Source: Tubulanus polymorphus (lineage: Eukaryota; Animalia; Nemertea). Taken from it: a stretch of 64,000 bases of DNA. The position numbers were made by a program, and so were the translations under genes. Location: the NCBI RefSeq assembly GCF_964204645.1, contig NC_134027.1, forward strand, positions 8,092,485-8,156,484, read 5' to 3'. This document shows positions 11,701 to 26,500 of the stretch, piece after piece (positions within the stretch are counted from its first letter, which is position 1; every line of letters begins with the position of its first letter). The notes beneath the pieces are model-generated. The model ran no database searches, had not been told where the DNA came from, and saw only the letters and a program-made list of their open reading frames with translations.

Positions 11701-14700
11701 AGATCCTTCCGAGTAAGTTTCAAACGGGGCATAAAGACCCGCATTCATGATGTCGCTATGTGCATACTTGTAAACTTTTATTCTTTCAAAGTTTATTATC
11801 AACATTGAATGTAGCTTGATTGTTGATCTTGTTCTAGGTATTCTCAGAAGTTATTGTTGTCCGCCATTGATAAACTGCTGTTGAAATCGACATATTTACC
11901 TACGTGTCTGTTGAACGCTATCTACGGCGTTATGAATGCTCATACTCATGAAGCTGTTCAGAGTAGTATAATCCGTTTAAAATCGTATCTCACGTGCAGT
12001 AAGCCATTCGCCGACAGTAGTTTATTGCATAAACTGAAGATTCCTGAAGCATTTCAAAGGTAACAAACATCGAAATGTTCAATCTGGAGTTTGCATTCCA
12101 TCTCATCTGACATATCGATATCATTTCATTTCAACCAGGTTTTTACAAGTGATACCTGCCTCGGGACACGATGAGAAACTCCTCGCTGAAATTCTGTCGT
12201 TATTTCGCACGATTCTCAACTGGGCGCCAGACATCGACGTTCGTCTCGCCTCGTGGATGCAGCAGATTCTCGACCAGCCGAAAGGACCGATCATGAACAT
12301 GCTGGCGAGACCTGATGCTCGCGGCGAGATGGGAGAAAAAGTGCTCGGTATTTCAATGCAGACGGTTCGTCATCTTAATCGACACTTGTTGATGTTTGTA
12401 GACATAGTTGTTTCACAGCTTTCTTACTCTGATCAACCTAGGTATGCTCTGTCAATTCTTTACCAATTTTTACACCAGTTTGGGAATTCCTCGGGGAGTT
12501 ACATACATTTCAAGTAAGTTTATTCATTTCTAATGCGTCATTTCTTTCAGGAAACTCACCGAACCGGGAGCAGGAGATCTTGCGCAGAATTTATGCAGTA
12601 AGCTGAACGTATCTGACGCACCGCATTTCTATAATCTATCGGCTCTAGAAACGACGATCCAGTGTCTGATGCACATAACAGCTCGGTTCGTTAATACCAA
12701 TGAAATATGATAACAAAAAATAATACATGTACACGCTTTGAGCATTGGTGGAAATTATACATTGTTTGTTGTTATTTAGGCCTGGTTGGTCTGATGGATT
12801 ATCAGTTGAAGATGGTTCAACAGGATGTGAACAACTATTATCTTGCTTGTTAGAGGTAAGGTAATTCGTCTTATAGAATCCAAGTCATTTGTACATGATG
12901 ATATACTCGTGCTTACACTCCTTTTCATTTTAAAGGTTATCTCTGCATTTCACCTCGGGAGAGCAGACGTATCGTTGACATATATGGGTCGCGGTGTGAC
13001 GAAATGTGCTGCGATTTGTCTCAACCAGCTGGCTCAAGAAATGGCTGTAGTTTCAAACGATAAGGTATTTTCTGAAAATTTGTTTATAAATAAAGGAAGA
13101 GGTAAGATTATAATCTTCTCTCTATAAGCATGCTTTCACTTGTATTCTTTCAGGATTGGCCACTGAAATGGCTGTTCACTCAACAAGAAAAGGAAGCACA
13201 AGCTGGTTTACATTGGTTGTTCCCGTTGTGGGCATACAGAGATCCTATCGTAAGTTAATGTCATCTAAATTTCAAACATGATATATACTTAAATCAAGCT
13301 CTTTATCATTCATTGATTTTCATCATAAAGGTTAGATGTGCGGGTTTGGGTATTGCCGTGACGTTGTCTAGCACTTCAATCGGCCAAGCTACTCTGGTTA
13401 CATCTTGCCAACATCTAAACAGTGGAATCTGGGGCATAGCTTTAGACATTTTGCTGGATCACTACGAATGTAGTATGGTTCGAAGACAGGTATTTCAGAT
13501 TTTTGAACGAATCATCTACATACAATTATCCCATTTAGAGTATAAACTAAAACTATTCAATAATGATTTTCAGGCCGCGTTGTTGTTGATTAATCTAACG
13601 TCACAACCTATGCCAAGTGGAATTGCCGAAGCCGTACAAAATGTATGGCAGGGACCTGTTGTACAAAATGAAGAAAATGGGGTATGTAGAATAGATCGAA
13701 TATTCTACATCCAATTACCACGCTTCATATAAATTATATCAATTATGATAATTCATTTAGACAATTCCATCAGATATCATTTTGAAGTAGGATTTCAATG
13801 TCGTTTATTGTTTGTACATGTAGGTTTCATTGGTTGGAACTTCCGCGTTGTTGATTCTGCTACATCATCGTCAGTTTTATCAGGAGATATTAATCCTGCT
13901 CGCGAACTATTACCCGCATCCAGCCATTCAACCGACAAGTGTTACTTCAACGACGCCAAGTGGGAATAGTTCTCAAACGACAGAAATAACTGGCACCCCT
14001 GGATCAGGTTTGTTAGTGATTTAGAAAATGCATTCATAGTTCGGAGTTTACTGTGTACATGTATATGGATGTGTGAGGTGGAATTGTTGTAAGGAGTTCA
14101 TTATTATTATATATAGGCTCAAGTAATGTTAGCAACGCTGCAGATCAAACTATATCCATCATCAACAGTACGATAAATGAAGCTCTCAAGGATGAGACTG
14201 AACTTAAACAAGCAGGACAAGTAAATTTCACAAGTGTTTTGTACTCTTCTGACAAAGCTGTAATACTGCCTACGTGTTTTATCATTCGTATTCGTATTTG
14301 TAGGTTTTGACATCGACCCCTGATGAGGTATTGAAGCAGAATGTGAGCGGATCTCTTACTCCGGCGTCCCGGCGAAGTACACCACGGGTTGCACGGGCAT
14401 CACCGCGAATGTCTCCACGAGCTGCTGGTCAAGGTACTACACGAACTGAAAATATGAATTATATGTTGAGTTCTAATGAAGGATTATGTGACCTATAACG
14501 TCTATACCTGTATTGCAGGTCATATGTATCGTGCGGCATCTCGGGCAGCGAGCAGTATTGATTCAGAACCGATGCCTGAATATCAGGCAGTTGCTACCCC
14601 GGCGCTTGTAGCGGGAGTTTGCCACCTGTTGACGAACCTTGTCACAATCGTCCCTCATGACACAATGCTCTTTCTACAGAGAGAGAACATCCTGCAAGTT

Positions 14701-17693
14701 TTGTTATGGTAGGTTCTTACCTAGCCTTCAATTAGTTATATCCTGCTTATTGTGACGATAATGATAACAATGATAATCTGTAAATTTGTGTAGCACCTGT
14801 TTCATTGGAGAAATTTTCCCCAGCGCTTTATGGTTAGTGAAAACTGCATATACAGTCCATACACAGATGTTTCAGACTGTGTCTAAATGTGTTCAGATCA
14901 TCTTATTACCCTAGATATGAATTTGCAAGTACGTTTCTTTTTAGTATGTTAGAAGATGAACTATTAGAAGCGTACTGTGCTGAACTACGAACTGCTCCTG
15001 ATAAACGATACTATACAGTTTTCTCCGATATCATGGACATGTACGCGAAGGCGTTGGTTTTACTACAAGCATGCTGCTATCACGACGTACAGTTCAGAGC
15101 TCTGCTTCATCAGTACACAGACAGAATGAAAAAGGTTGCAAAGCTCTTAGCAGTCAATTCAGATGGTAAGACACATTTTTGTATAGATTTTAGCCAGATC
15201 TAACTACTGATAGTTGTATCATGGTTACCTTTTTAGCTTAATTACCATTCATGATATGAGTAGGTAATGTCGTCGGGCATTATTTTACCTGTTGTTGCCA
15301 CTTATGTGCGGATACTTGATTTTATAGGTACTACTGATGTCATTTCTTCGTGCAATGAAATGAAACAGCAAGTATACAACTTCTTCTCAACATTACTGAG
15401 TTTAGGCAGGCGACAAGCATTCACTGACCTTACAAATGTTTTCGTACCGCTATGGGATATACTGACAGGTAAGTTAATTAGAATTCGATGATTCTAATGT
15501 ACGTCTCCCTAGATAATGCCGATGAAAATTATAGTGGCATTTTTTCAGATTCAATGACTAACATCATCGGATCGAAGACAGAGATGTCTATACAAGTATC
15601 GTGTCTTCACGCAATGGCTCTGATCTTTAAAGAAGGTGGAAAGATAAATAGTAAAGGACCAGAATATAATGGTATGGCGATGACTGATGTGTTGGCTGAA
15701 AGCAAGAAATCTGGTAAATCATTTCATTTCAATCTTTCACATATTTTTGATTTCTAGTTTCATTTGATTATGATTTTTACTTAGTCAGATTTTAACTCAT
15801 TTATTGATAAAAGGAAAAAATTATTTACGGTGAATATGCAATGTATATTTTAGTAAAAGCGGGTGAGAGTCAAGCGACTGGAAGTATCCTGTGCGAGACA
15901 TTAGTGACGGCATACGATTCTGTGGCAATGCAGGTATCGAATCAAGACAGCGTAGAAAAGCTGGCAGTCATCGGTGCACTGAAATCATTGCTAGCGGTCA
16001 GTCAAGATGCCAAACAATATGCTCTAGATGGTAAGAGTGAATGAAGAGATTTATCTTGAAATTTTGTCTTTCGATGGATTTGTGTTAACGTTTACCACTG
16101 CATGATATTTATGTTTTGATTTACTGTTGAAGCTGGTCTGGTAGAAAGTATAGCTGAACACATTAAACATACACATGCAAAACTGAATGCCGAGTCGCTA
16201 CAGCTGGGAAGGTCTTCAAACAAATCAAAGAAGGTAGAAGATCAGCAGTCAGGCCAAAATTGTCTGAATGATAGTGTTATCTAATGAAATCGTTTTTACA
16301 TTCCAGGAAGAGCAACTCATGCATGAATTGATTATGACTTTTGACTTGCTGAGAAATTTCATGTATCAAAACTATGATGTTAAGGTAAGCATTTGTTTAT
16401 ATGCATTTGTTTATGATGTCTTAGGTTACGAGTACCCGGTAAGTACTGGTAATATTCATTTGATCATTTAATATCTATTCATAGGCATCATGTCATCAGT
16501 GTGGTTTGAGTAGTATACTTCATAAGATGTGGTCGTGGTGTTTAATTGATGGTAAACTTATGAACGCAACACTTTCTCTGATTGCTACTTATTGCGCCAG
16601 GTGTCCCAATGGTATGTTATAATCCAGCAACATTTACATGCACTGTGCCTTGAATTCAAAAATACATGTACCCAGTAGTTCATATTTCATGTAGTACTGA
16701 TACTTTCAGCTTGTAGTTCACTGGCGTTCACATCACCTGTCGCTGTTTCCGATGTTCCCGGACCCAGAACGCAGCACAGTAACAATTCAATGGTCCACTG
16801 TCTGATCAAACAGGTCGCTAACAAAAATGTCACGAAAGAGAACAGCTCAACTCTGAAACTGATTTACGATATTCTTGCTACTCTGATGCAGTCTGCAGAA
16901 TGCCGCGGCATATTGTGGAAGGTTAGGAATTAATGTGCTTTGAAATATGCATATACGGTATTAGTAAATTGGCCAAACTAATTTTCGTGATCTTATGTAG
17001 AGTAACTTTTTGTTGAAATTTTCGACCATGGCGCCGAAGAAGACTACAAATGCTGGCAAGAAACCTAAAGAGAAACAAATGGAAGAGATGTGTTGGCTGC
17101 AGCTTCTTGCCAATCTTTCATTCTCCACTGAAGGACAGCAGATGATCCTTAAAATTAAAGGTTGGTTTCAAGATTTTTTTACCTAAAAGTAAATACTGGT
17201 AATGTCTTCAACCAATAATGATCGCCTTCCATTTCCGTTTTCAGATTCAGTGAATATTCTGATTGACTTTTGTCACACGACCTCAACCCAATATATGAAC
17301 TATGCAGTGCTCATACTCAGAAATCTGTGTTTCCATGCAGTCAATAAACCCAAACTTTTATCAAATGGTAAGAAAATTGACTCAATGATCATCTGTTTAA
17401 CAGTCACAGTGTCATTGTATATATGTTCAAAATATCAAGTAGATTTTAATCTTTTTGTAGAAAAACTTCTGCCGTGTTTTGTGACATGTCTGAAATCGAA
17501 GAATGATCAGATCATTGCCATAGCAACTTCGGCCCTCCATGCGCTGTTGCACAACAATCAGAAGGCTCGCGTGAATATGAAGAACGCTTTCATTCCTCAG
17601 CGTATACAAGAATGTTCGGAACGCTTGAACGCAGATACTCATCGCAAAATACTAGAAAGCATGATGGCTGTACTGGTTCTGATCAAAGATTAG
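5761..17693 (+). CDS. RTTN: Rotatin (centriole/basal-body armadillo-repeat protein), many short exons
   Basis: Spliced N-terminus [16 protein letters not shown]|[47 protein letters not shown] matches the rotatin N-terminal domain. Further recognisable blocks: [62 protein letters not shown], and C-terminal [13 protein letters not shown] and [15 protein letters not shown] introns throughout; stop TAG at 17691-17693. Confidence 0.93.
7619..7803. mobile_element. Small TIR element (MITE-like) in an RTTN intron
   Basis: CAGGGTGGCCACTT at left and degenerate inverted AAGTGGTCATGCT at right, with internal GTCAGG repeats. Confidence 0.5.
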
Positions 17694-18932
17694 ATTAGTG
17701 TTCCGATTTATTTTAAGTTGACAAATGAAGACCACCATGCTTGTTTTAAGGAGGAACATGTGTTATGGTAACATTTGGAACGTGTCATCTTGTGTCATGC
17801 TGGATTTGGCACATAAAACTATGCTCTTTCATTCAATTTACGAGATTGTAGTAGTTGGATGCTTCATCAATGATTGTGTAAGATAGATTTGATATGCATT
17901 TAAAGGCGACACAGATTGTATTATTATCTACTTAATTTTTTGGCAGGTCCAAATAAAGGTATTCATTTCTTAGAAAACTGCAGTGGTGTTCATTTGTAGT
18001 CGTTCCTGTAGTGTCATGGTTTGTAACGACTCTACTGTTTAAGGCCCCCAGCCAAGCACAAATTACTGATGGGCATTTGTCTAGTACCATGTCTATCATG
18101 GGCACAATTCACTAAAAGGAGCTGAAAAGACAATAAGTGCCTACTTTTGCTTAAGCCTTATTACAAAACATTCGTCTTTTTAAAGGGATTCTCCATATTT
18201 CTCCAAATAAACAACCGCCTCTTGTCAGAATGCTACTCTATATTTTCTTGTTAGTCAATAACACTGATCCATTATATGCCGGAAAGTAAACCTCAATAAA
18301 TACATTGAAAACCAACCAAATATTCAGGTAATGAAGAGACATGGCTGAAAATTTATTATACATGTATTCCAGTAACCTTCACAAAAATCAATACAAACAA
18401 ATTGTGCATCCTTCACCAAAACTTGAATGCTCATCATAATTGAGTGTCCAGTTCCATAGTTGAGGATCAGATTTGATTTGACAAGTACACAGTAATTCCG
18501 CAACTGTGGAACTGGGGTCTTACGTACTCGGATTGGATCTTAATAAGTGTTAAAAGATATCGGCTCTCGGTTATTGGTCGCGAGATATTTTTTAATTCAC
18601 AACGTATCTTTTCAACTATAAAGCACCGTCAACAGCTACACGCAAGTCCAAGATTTATAAACGATTATCGCAGTGAATGTTCTTGCGCCGCGACTATTAC
18701 ATGATGTATCTATGAGATGAATATTTTTGCGAATGCTGTACATGTAGAACAAAATTTGAATGACAAATCCTCGTCGAATAAGACAATATTCTCCACACCA
18801 GTTACTACAACGTTCTAATTCCGCAATAATAATCATTTCAGTATTTATTAGGATATTCAACCACACAATCTCCTCTCTCTTTTGCTATTGAAATTTGCGA
18901 TAGATCCGATATAAAGTGTTCTCGTGTTATTT

Positions 18933-21034
18933 CTAGGTGGTTTTCGCTCGTATCGCCGCACGTTTGCCAGTAACCGCTTGGAAACCGGACTTGATACTGG
19001 CGACGCTGCACCGCGAGCCGCATGTCTCGCATTGCAGAAAGAATAAACGAGTGTCTTTTTGTAAGATTGTATCCGGCGACCGACACGTGTGACAAGTCAC
19101 GTATTCCTCTGTAAAAATAAAATTTTACAGTTTTGTCAATAAGGTGCTATTGAACCAATGAAAGTAAGCATGGAACAAGGGCAGATTTATTGGAGACTAG
19201 TCCACTCCCTTCAAAATTCAAATGGGCGTTCCAAAAATGGACAAAAAATAAATCTAGATGGGTTGCGGTGAGGTCCACCCTTTTCAAAGAATCCTAGATC
19301 TACCCTTGCGGAGGATCTAAATGTATGTTACTAAATTGTCAACACTTACTAATATATCTTCTTAGTACATTTTCTATTTGTTTTGCTTGAAATCTTCCTT
19401 TTATAATGAGTTGATTGTTACCATCCACCGAACCACTGCGCGAGAAAAGTTACAAATTATATTATTTACGAATTGTATTTTTCATTACATTACTCAAAAT
19501 ATAATCTACTTCATAAATCTCGGAGGTATGCCTACCTAGTACCCAATTCAGCCAGTAAGAAAGCTAATAAATGTTTAGGCTGTCTGTGTAACCTGAAAGA
19601 TAGAACATACAACAATAATAGCTGGCAACAAATCGAAGAAATGTAGGCAATAATCAAATCGAGTGTAATTTTTCTCAACATACATTTTACAAAGTTCTGT
19701 GAAATTGACGAAGGCCGTTCGCCTGGTTCCAACCCTCATAACCTGCGGCGGTTTCATGACTAATCGTTTTTTCTCGCCCGCTAGAATATCCGGATTCTTC
19801 TCGCGCATAATGTCGAATACCCGTTGTAATAACTGTAACAAGAACAACATCGCATGCATCAATTTTTTTCTTACTCGGTCGTTGACGGTTCGAGCGTTAC
19901 TGATTTTCATATATCTACCTCATCGTATGTGTAATCCCGATCTGTATTCGCCCAGGCTTCTCCACTTTCATCTTCTTCTGCAATTTCAAAAAAATAATTT
20001 AGTATCTTAGTGAGTATAAAATATACAAAATTTGGCTAGGACGTTTTCCTCCTAAAAAGACGCTAACCATTTTGTTCACTGTCTGGTTTTTCGGACAGTA
20101 TCACGTCGATCTTCTTATTTTTGCCTTTTTTCTTCTTTTTCTTTTCGCCTTTGAATCCTAAATCTAAATCTAAGTCATCACCGATGTCAGCTGCATCGTC
20201 GACGTCCACCGACACTGGGGCATCCTCTTTTTCTGCTTCCTAAAATAATAATTTATACGATAGATTTATGGTGAAAAACAAGGTCGAACAATACGTGCAT
20301 TGCACTATTGATAGAATCGAACCTACCTCCACAGCCTCTTTCATATCATCCATATCAAACTTCTTCTTTGCTTTTTTCTTCTTTTTCGTTTTCGAAAAGT
20401 CAAATTCATCTAAATTCAAATCTGAAAATGCAAAATAAATTCAAACATCATCCTTAAAATTGACGGGTCAAACGTTTTCATCACAAGGGAAATCAAACAT
20501 ATTGAAACGTCATGTTATGCATACCATCATCATCTTTATTTTCAGCCTCTTCCTTTTCTGGTTTCTCCACATTCGTCTCAGCTGGGGGCGTATTCTCTGC
20601 ATCAACGATCAAATTTGGATCGAACGTCATCTTCTTCTTTTTCTTCTTCTTCATAGAAGTGTCAAATGACTGGAAAAAAATGAACAGGGACTGGTTGTGG
20701 TTGGGTGAAACACTGAACATAATTGGTTGGCTTATTGTCAAGCTCTGCTGAACTGAGCCAATTCTAGTATTCAGAACAAAGATTTGACGAAAGGATGAAA
20801 CTGAATAATCTAGAACTGAACCAATTTTCGCTCTAGACATATCACAAAAAGAAACTGGAACCAGCCGGGTCCTGTTCTCTATGGCTATTATTAACTAGCT
20901 AAACGATTTAAGAACAGACCAAGTAAAATAAACAGCTGCTGAAATGTTTGACAATTTTATTGTCAAGAGGGACACATTTTGGACTGAAATCGATTTCAAC
21001 TTTTATACATTCTTACCAGTTCGTCTTCAGCCAT
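18933..21034 (-). CDS. EIF2S2: Eukaryotic translation initiation factor 2 subunit beta, 9 exons
   Basis: Exons 21034-21017, 20669-20525, 20421-20327, 20239-20068, 19977-19919, 19832-19684, 19592-19536, 19435-19350, 19108-18933. Three poly-lysine boxes, [35 protein letters not shown] and the C2-C2 zinc finger [13 protein letters not shown]...[13 protein letters not shown]. Confidence 0.98.
19177..19307. mobile_element. Short MITE-like element in the last EIF2S2 intron
   Basis: CAAGGGCAGATTTA / TAGATCTACCCTTG inverted ends, related to the termini of the 3872-4665 element; no clear target-site duplication. Confidence 0.5.
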
Positions 21035-21445
21035 GTTTGTTATAGTGAAATATGAGGATTTCTACACAATTTCGTCGTTATTTCTCGTTATTCCGGGCCG
21101 TGTTTCAATCGGTCAACTTGCGTCAGCCACATGAAGTTGACTCCGAGGTGAATATTTTATTAACTTTTTTCTTATAATCCTATTCTTACATTAGATTTCT
21201 GAATTCTAAATTTATGATTTAGTGTAGAGTAGGCTAATACAAAACATTTCAAAACAACATCAATTTGTTTCCAAATTAATTTATTTGCTGCTTTCGGGCC
21301 TTCAATGAAATAAAACACGGATTAGGACTTAACCCGTCATTTATCCTTATCCGAAGCTCCACTATTAAATAGCAGACATCTGAAGTGCTAAGAATAAGAT
21401 ACGAGTTATTGTTACAATAAGTCTATTTAATAACTATTTGAAAGA
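21035..21445. promoter_or_regulatory. Bidirectional promoter and 5' UTRs of EIF2S2 and ZFAND1
   Basis: Divergent start codons only ~410 bp apart. Confidence 0.7.
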
Positions 21446-22940
21446 ATGGCCGAGATGAATATAGGTTCACATTGTGCCTTTGAATCTTGTAAACAGATAG
21501 GTAAGTGCTTATTGATGATTGTATCAGTCACAATCAAAATAAAAGTTTTATGATATTTAAAGGTTGCCATTCAATTCAAAACAAATCAAATGTCAAGACA
21601 TGAGATCTATTTGACAGATTGTCCGCGATGAGTTCATTTGACAACATTTTATGTTTATAATTCCTTTGTTATTCCAGATTTCCTTCCATTTAAATGTTCT
21701 TGGTGCTCCCAGTTGTTTTGGTAAGTTGAATAGTGAATGTTTCGATCCAGCCGGGCATGAGTAAGATCCGATAGATGATTAAGTTGGTTTTTCTTTTTTC
21801 CAGCAAGGTACACAGGACAGTTGAGAATCATCTTTGTTCAGAGGTACGAAATATACATATTATCCACAACTCATCAACTAAACTTTAGTATTTTCACTCA
21901 TCACTTTGTTTGTTCTCTTCTTATGTATGATTAACAGTATGTTGAGAATAAGGCCGATATTCAACCTTTTGAAGGCACTAAGTCTTACCCGTGTGCAAGC
22001 GCTGGATGTGAAAAACGAGAGTTGACCCAGATAATATGTGAACATTGTCGTAACAACTTTTGCCTCAGGTAGTTCTGATTGATACGGATTTCATCTTAGA
22101 TAGGAAGGATGGCGAAAACAATTTACAATGTTTTATCATAAATTTCAGCCATAGACATGCTCAAGACCACAGATGCGCTAGTATAACTAAAGAATCAGAA
22201 AATTCATATAAACACACTGCCAAAGCTACCAGTATAGGTATCATCTTCATTAAACCTCACAACATATTACCGAATATATTACCAGTAGTACCATAAGTAA
22301 TTCAATGTATAATATATCTTAGGTTCTAGACCACTTCCTAGCAAAGGTTTTGGTCGAAAATCAAAAAAGACGTTGGCAAAGGTTGCACTGATGAAAGTCA
22401 AGCAGAAAGCAACTGGAGATAAGGGGATTCCTGAAACTGAAAGATTGTATTTTGACGTTCAGTTTTTGGATAATTCGATGATTGCTCAAAATAAACCATT
22501 ATATATTTCAAAGGTTAAGTTCTTGCATCTTACACCCGGGGATTGAGACTCTACAGTATATCTGCAGTCTCAAATATCCACCCTTCTTTTGATTAATTTA
22601 TATTTTTTTTATAAAATAGAAATGGTCAGTTGGAAAGATTATTGACTACATAGCATCCACAACTGGCCTGAAGAATGAAAACAATACATCAAGTGATAAA
22701 GTAAGTCATGATGACTTTGATTCTGACAATTATGAAAGACTTACAAATTCCATTGCATTTTTCTTCCAATTTCAGAAATTAAGGCTTTTCAATGGTGAAA
22801 CTGGTCATATCTTAGAAACTGAGGCCTCTATTGAAACTTTAATATCAGATGATTTTTATAGCGGCTGTGCTGTGATTGTTGATTATGTTCAACCCACTGT
22901 TACTCGGTTAGAAAACATAGAAAATTATTTACGAAAATAA
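21446..22940 (+). CDS. ZFAND1: AN1-type zinc finger protein 1, 8 exons
   Basis: MAEMNIGSHCAFESCKQID|FLPFKCSWCSQLFC|KVHRTVENHLC (AN1 finger 1); CASAGC...CEHCRNNFCLSHRHAQDHRC (finger 2); AKVALMKVKQKATGDKGIPETERLYF and WSVGKIID (C-terminal ubiquitin-like domain); TAA at 22938-22940. Confidence 0.95.
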
Positions 22941-23139
22941 ATTGTGGGAAAGAGTGTCTTGAGTCCTTTTTCAACTGTTAGCATTACTTGGTTAGGTTTT
23001 GCTGAATAGAAAGATAGCCATTGAGCTAACAAAGATCAGGTTTTAATTTTTTTTCTAAGTGGATTTCAAGTTCTATACAATATGCCAGCCAATGGTAAGG
23101 TCGAAAACTGATATATTCGACCGCACCCCCTTCTGACTG

Positions 23140-23500
23140 AATAATTATCCCGGCGCGTGCCCGCCCACTCGTTACCAGTAACATTTGTTTCGTCAAGTGC
23201 TGCCCTCTCGGCGCAATTACAGCCTGACACTGGCAATCGAGGTTTGTGAATTATTCCAACTTCCGGGTTGGTGTTGGCAGCTTTGATTTTCCAAAATCCG
23301 CCGAATTTCAGCGTATTTTATAAGAAATCTCACCAGGATTATTGTCTTTGTGTACAGTTAGTGAGTGAACCGACTCTCAACTGAGAATTCTGACTAATTT
23401 CGTAGTGATTTTGTGGCTGAGTGGTGTGATATAGGACTAATCACGTAGTAAAATCAACTGAGATAATTAATTGGAACAACCCGGAAGTACGGCTACTCAA
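23140..23500 (+). promoter_or_regulatory. GC-richer promoter/5' UTR region of the ELAPOR gene
   Basis: GC box CCCGCCC (~23160), X-box-consensus GTTACCAGTAAC (23171-23182), CTCF-like GTGCTGCCCTCTCGGCG (23197-23213), ETS sites ACTTCCGG (~23259) and CCGGAAGT (~23481). Motif matches only. Confidence 0.45.
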
Positions 23501-23535
23501 TCTTACTCAAACTCGGTCTGAAAAAAGTCGTCAAT

Positions 23536-26500
23536 ATGATGAATACAGGATTTATTACTGTTATGAGCGTGGTGGTGTTGATTGGGCCAATAGCTGCTGA
23601 TCTGTTACCAACATGCCAACCAGTAAGTTATTAGTTTAAAAAATTTCTCTAAAATAAATGATAGGGGCCGAATGATATATATATATATATATATATATAC
23701 TGCAGCATATACTGCAGTATATATATACTGCAGTATATATATACTGCAGTATATATATACTGCAGCAACTATATATATATACTGTATATATACTATATAT
23801 ACTATATATATACTACTATAATATATATATATACTGCAGATAGGCAAAAGTTAAGTGCTTAAAGCTTCTCCCCTATTATTATAGAGTCTCTGGTGAATAT
23901 GCTCATTTTGATGGGCAATGGCAAGGGTAGTGGGTCCTTTGTGAAAGGACTCTAAATCGGCCCTCTAAATGAATCGCCAAAAGCTTAAATTTCTATTCAA
24001 AATCTTTGACACCATAGGCATTCAAGCTAATATTAGTATGTATGCTTTGGTACCTATGATGCTGATTTGGTCACTGATGCTGATTTGGTCACTGTTTGCA
24101 TTTTAAATGATTGACCCATTAAACTGAAGTAGTAGTTATAAATTAATGCTTATTTGATTAGTTTTTAACGAACTAATTCACGACTGTCTCTTTTTTACAG
24201 GAGGTAAATATAGATAAGAAATATAGATAAGTTCTATTTTAATAAATGCACTTCATTTTTAATGGCCTTACTTTTACTGTCTTCGCAAACGCGTATTTTT
24301 CCCGATAATAGCACTGATTGATACCCTGACCTTCATCGATGATAATTCTCTATTGAATTGTGTATCCAGCTGAACTAACAAAGATGACGCTTTGTTTGAA
24401 ATAGCATAGCATAGAAATCGTCATCGTGCGGTATATTTACATATTTTGTAACCATTTCTGATAGCCTACTTGTTTTTAATATACAGTATTTGCTTATACC
24501 ATAGAAATATCATCAATATAACGAATTTATCAAATGCTTTTCCAAAGGATAATCTATACGCATTCATGTGCTTTTTTACTAACTGTAACCCTGTATTAAT
24601 TTGTGCTGTTTTCATAACAACCTGCATGTAGCATATTTAGACCGTAGATATATTTCTAAGTACCCCAATGTAGCAAGCCCCCATCCATCTACACTTGAAA
24701 ATGTGCCTAAGTTTATCGATTAAGATTGAATATCTACAAGATTTCAATGAGGGTATTGCTCTAGAGGCCAATTGAGTAATCGTGTCATTAATCTCCATGT
24801 TTGTTAAATCCCTATTTTTTAGATATTCATTTGCATGTATGTACATAAAACGCCAATAAGCCGTATTATGAATATAGTATACAAACTAAATATTGTCATT
24901 GTCTCCCCTTCACTCTTACCGTTTTAAAATAATTGTGATTTTTTTTCCTTGCATTTATACCATATACGCAGGAATATGAAAATTAGATACAGAGATTTGC
25001 CTAATTATTTTTAGTCATTTTTCCCATTTCAGCATCGAAATGATATCTCTGGACCTACATTTCCTGAAATGCCTGAAAGTTTTAGCTGATTTGTTATTAA
25101 AATTCAATTAGGCCCTAATTTACTAAATCCAATAAGCTCACTAGTGTTTTAATTTCTTTTCAACTTGGTAACATGTTTTTGTGAAACTAGGTTCCTAAAT
25201 CATTGAGTTGAGAGTTGATCTGAGGTATCAGGATGTTTTTCGGAAGTTGTCTCTTTTTTCGCTCATTTTATTTCGTTCGTGTTTTGTAGAAAGATTTCCA
25301 TTTCGAATACACAGAATGTGATAGTTACGGCGGCCGATGGCGCGTATCAGTTCCTCAACCGGGCAAATGTATCGGTGGAGCGCCAAACCCTCCTGTTCGC
25401 GGCAAGGACTGCAGTAAGTACCACGATTTGAATTCTGCATGGCAATATCTCTTTCATCATCATTTACCATCGCTTATTGCGCTACCGGGTAATTGTTGAT
25501 TTCCAGTTTTAGTATAACAAAGCAATGCTGCTGGTATTAGGACTGTATTAGGTCTATTATATGCAGTATTAGTCTCTGGTGAGATGACTCATACTTCATT
25601 TTATATGGCTTTTATATATAATACATTTGAATATTTCATTAGATTTGAACAAAATAAATGCAAGTCTTTGTATATCTGTTGTAAATTTCATATTTGCGAA
25701 ATAGATATGTTGTTATAGGCCTAACGAGTATTTACATATGATGTAATTTACATATGATGTAATCCTCGCTTGGCAGGGATTCGAAACTGATGGCTTTGTG
25801 ACTCTGCCACCGAATTAAAACGCTGTGTGAATAGAGTAGACCTACTGGATATGTTTTCAGTAGTGTGCATACTCAAAATGTCCTAATCTCTTAGAAATTG
25901 ATATTTTCGTTAGTATTTATCTTATGAACTGTAATAAAGCGTCCAACTCAGTCTAAGGCTTTGTTAACTTCATGTATTGAGTAAGCCTATACAAAAATCG
26001 ACCTGCTCGTACTTGAATTTGGATTATTTCTTCAAGAGATCGCGATATGACCTTATGGCCTTAACAATTAATATATCTTCATATCTTCCAATGTCAAATA
26101 CATTTTTTGTTAAAAGTTGATAATACAGAATTAAATGTAAATGGATATTAATTTTTGCAGTTATTTATTGTCGTCGCAAATATTTGACAATGTCTAACTC
26201 ATAAATCGTTTCATTTGCATAGGATATCGTCTAGTTTACTTCAAATGGAAGAAGTTAAGATGAATTTTATTGAGTTATGGTTTTTCTGTTTCACTCCTAA
26301 TGAGCGGGCTTCGTTGATTATTAAATTCAATGTTTGCCATTATATTTATCAACCTAATTCATCAATCACCATCAATAAGACATTAATATCAGTGTTGCGA
26401 AGTTGATATGAAGAGAAAATGTTTATTCAACGTTTCAAATTCTAATGGCCATCTTCTGGAATAGTCATTTTTAGTCAAAACATTGAATTAACTACTTAAC

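Noticed and set aside
23605-23847. Tyr/Ile-rich minus-strand ORF
   Set aside because: Translation of the (TA)n microsatellite.
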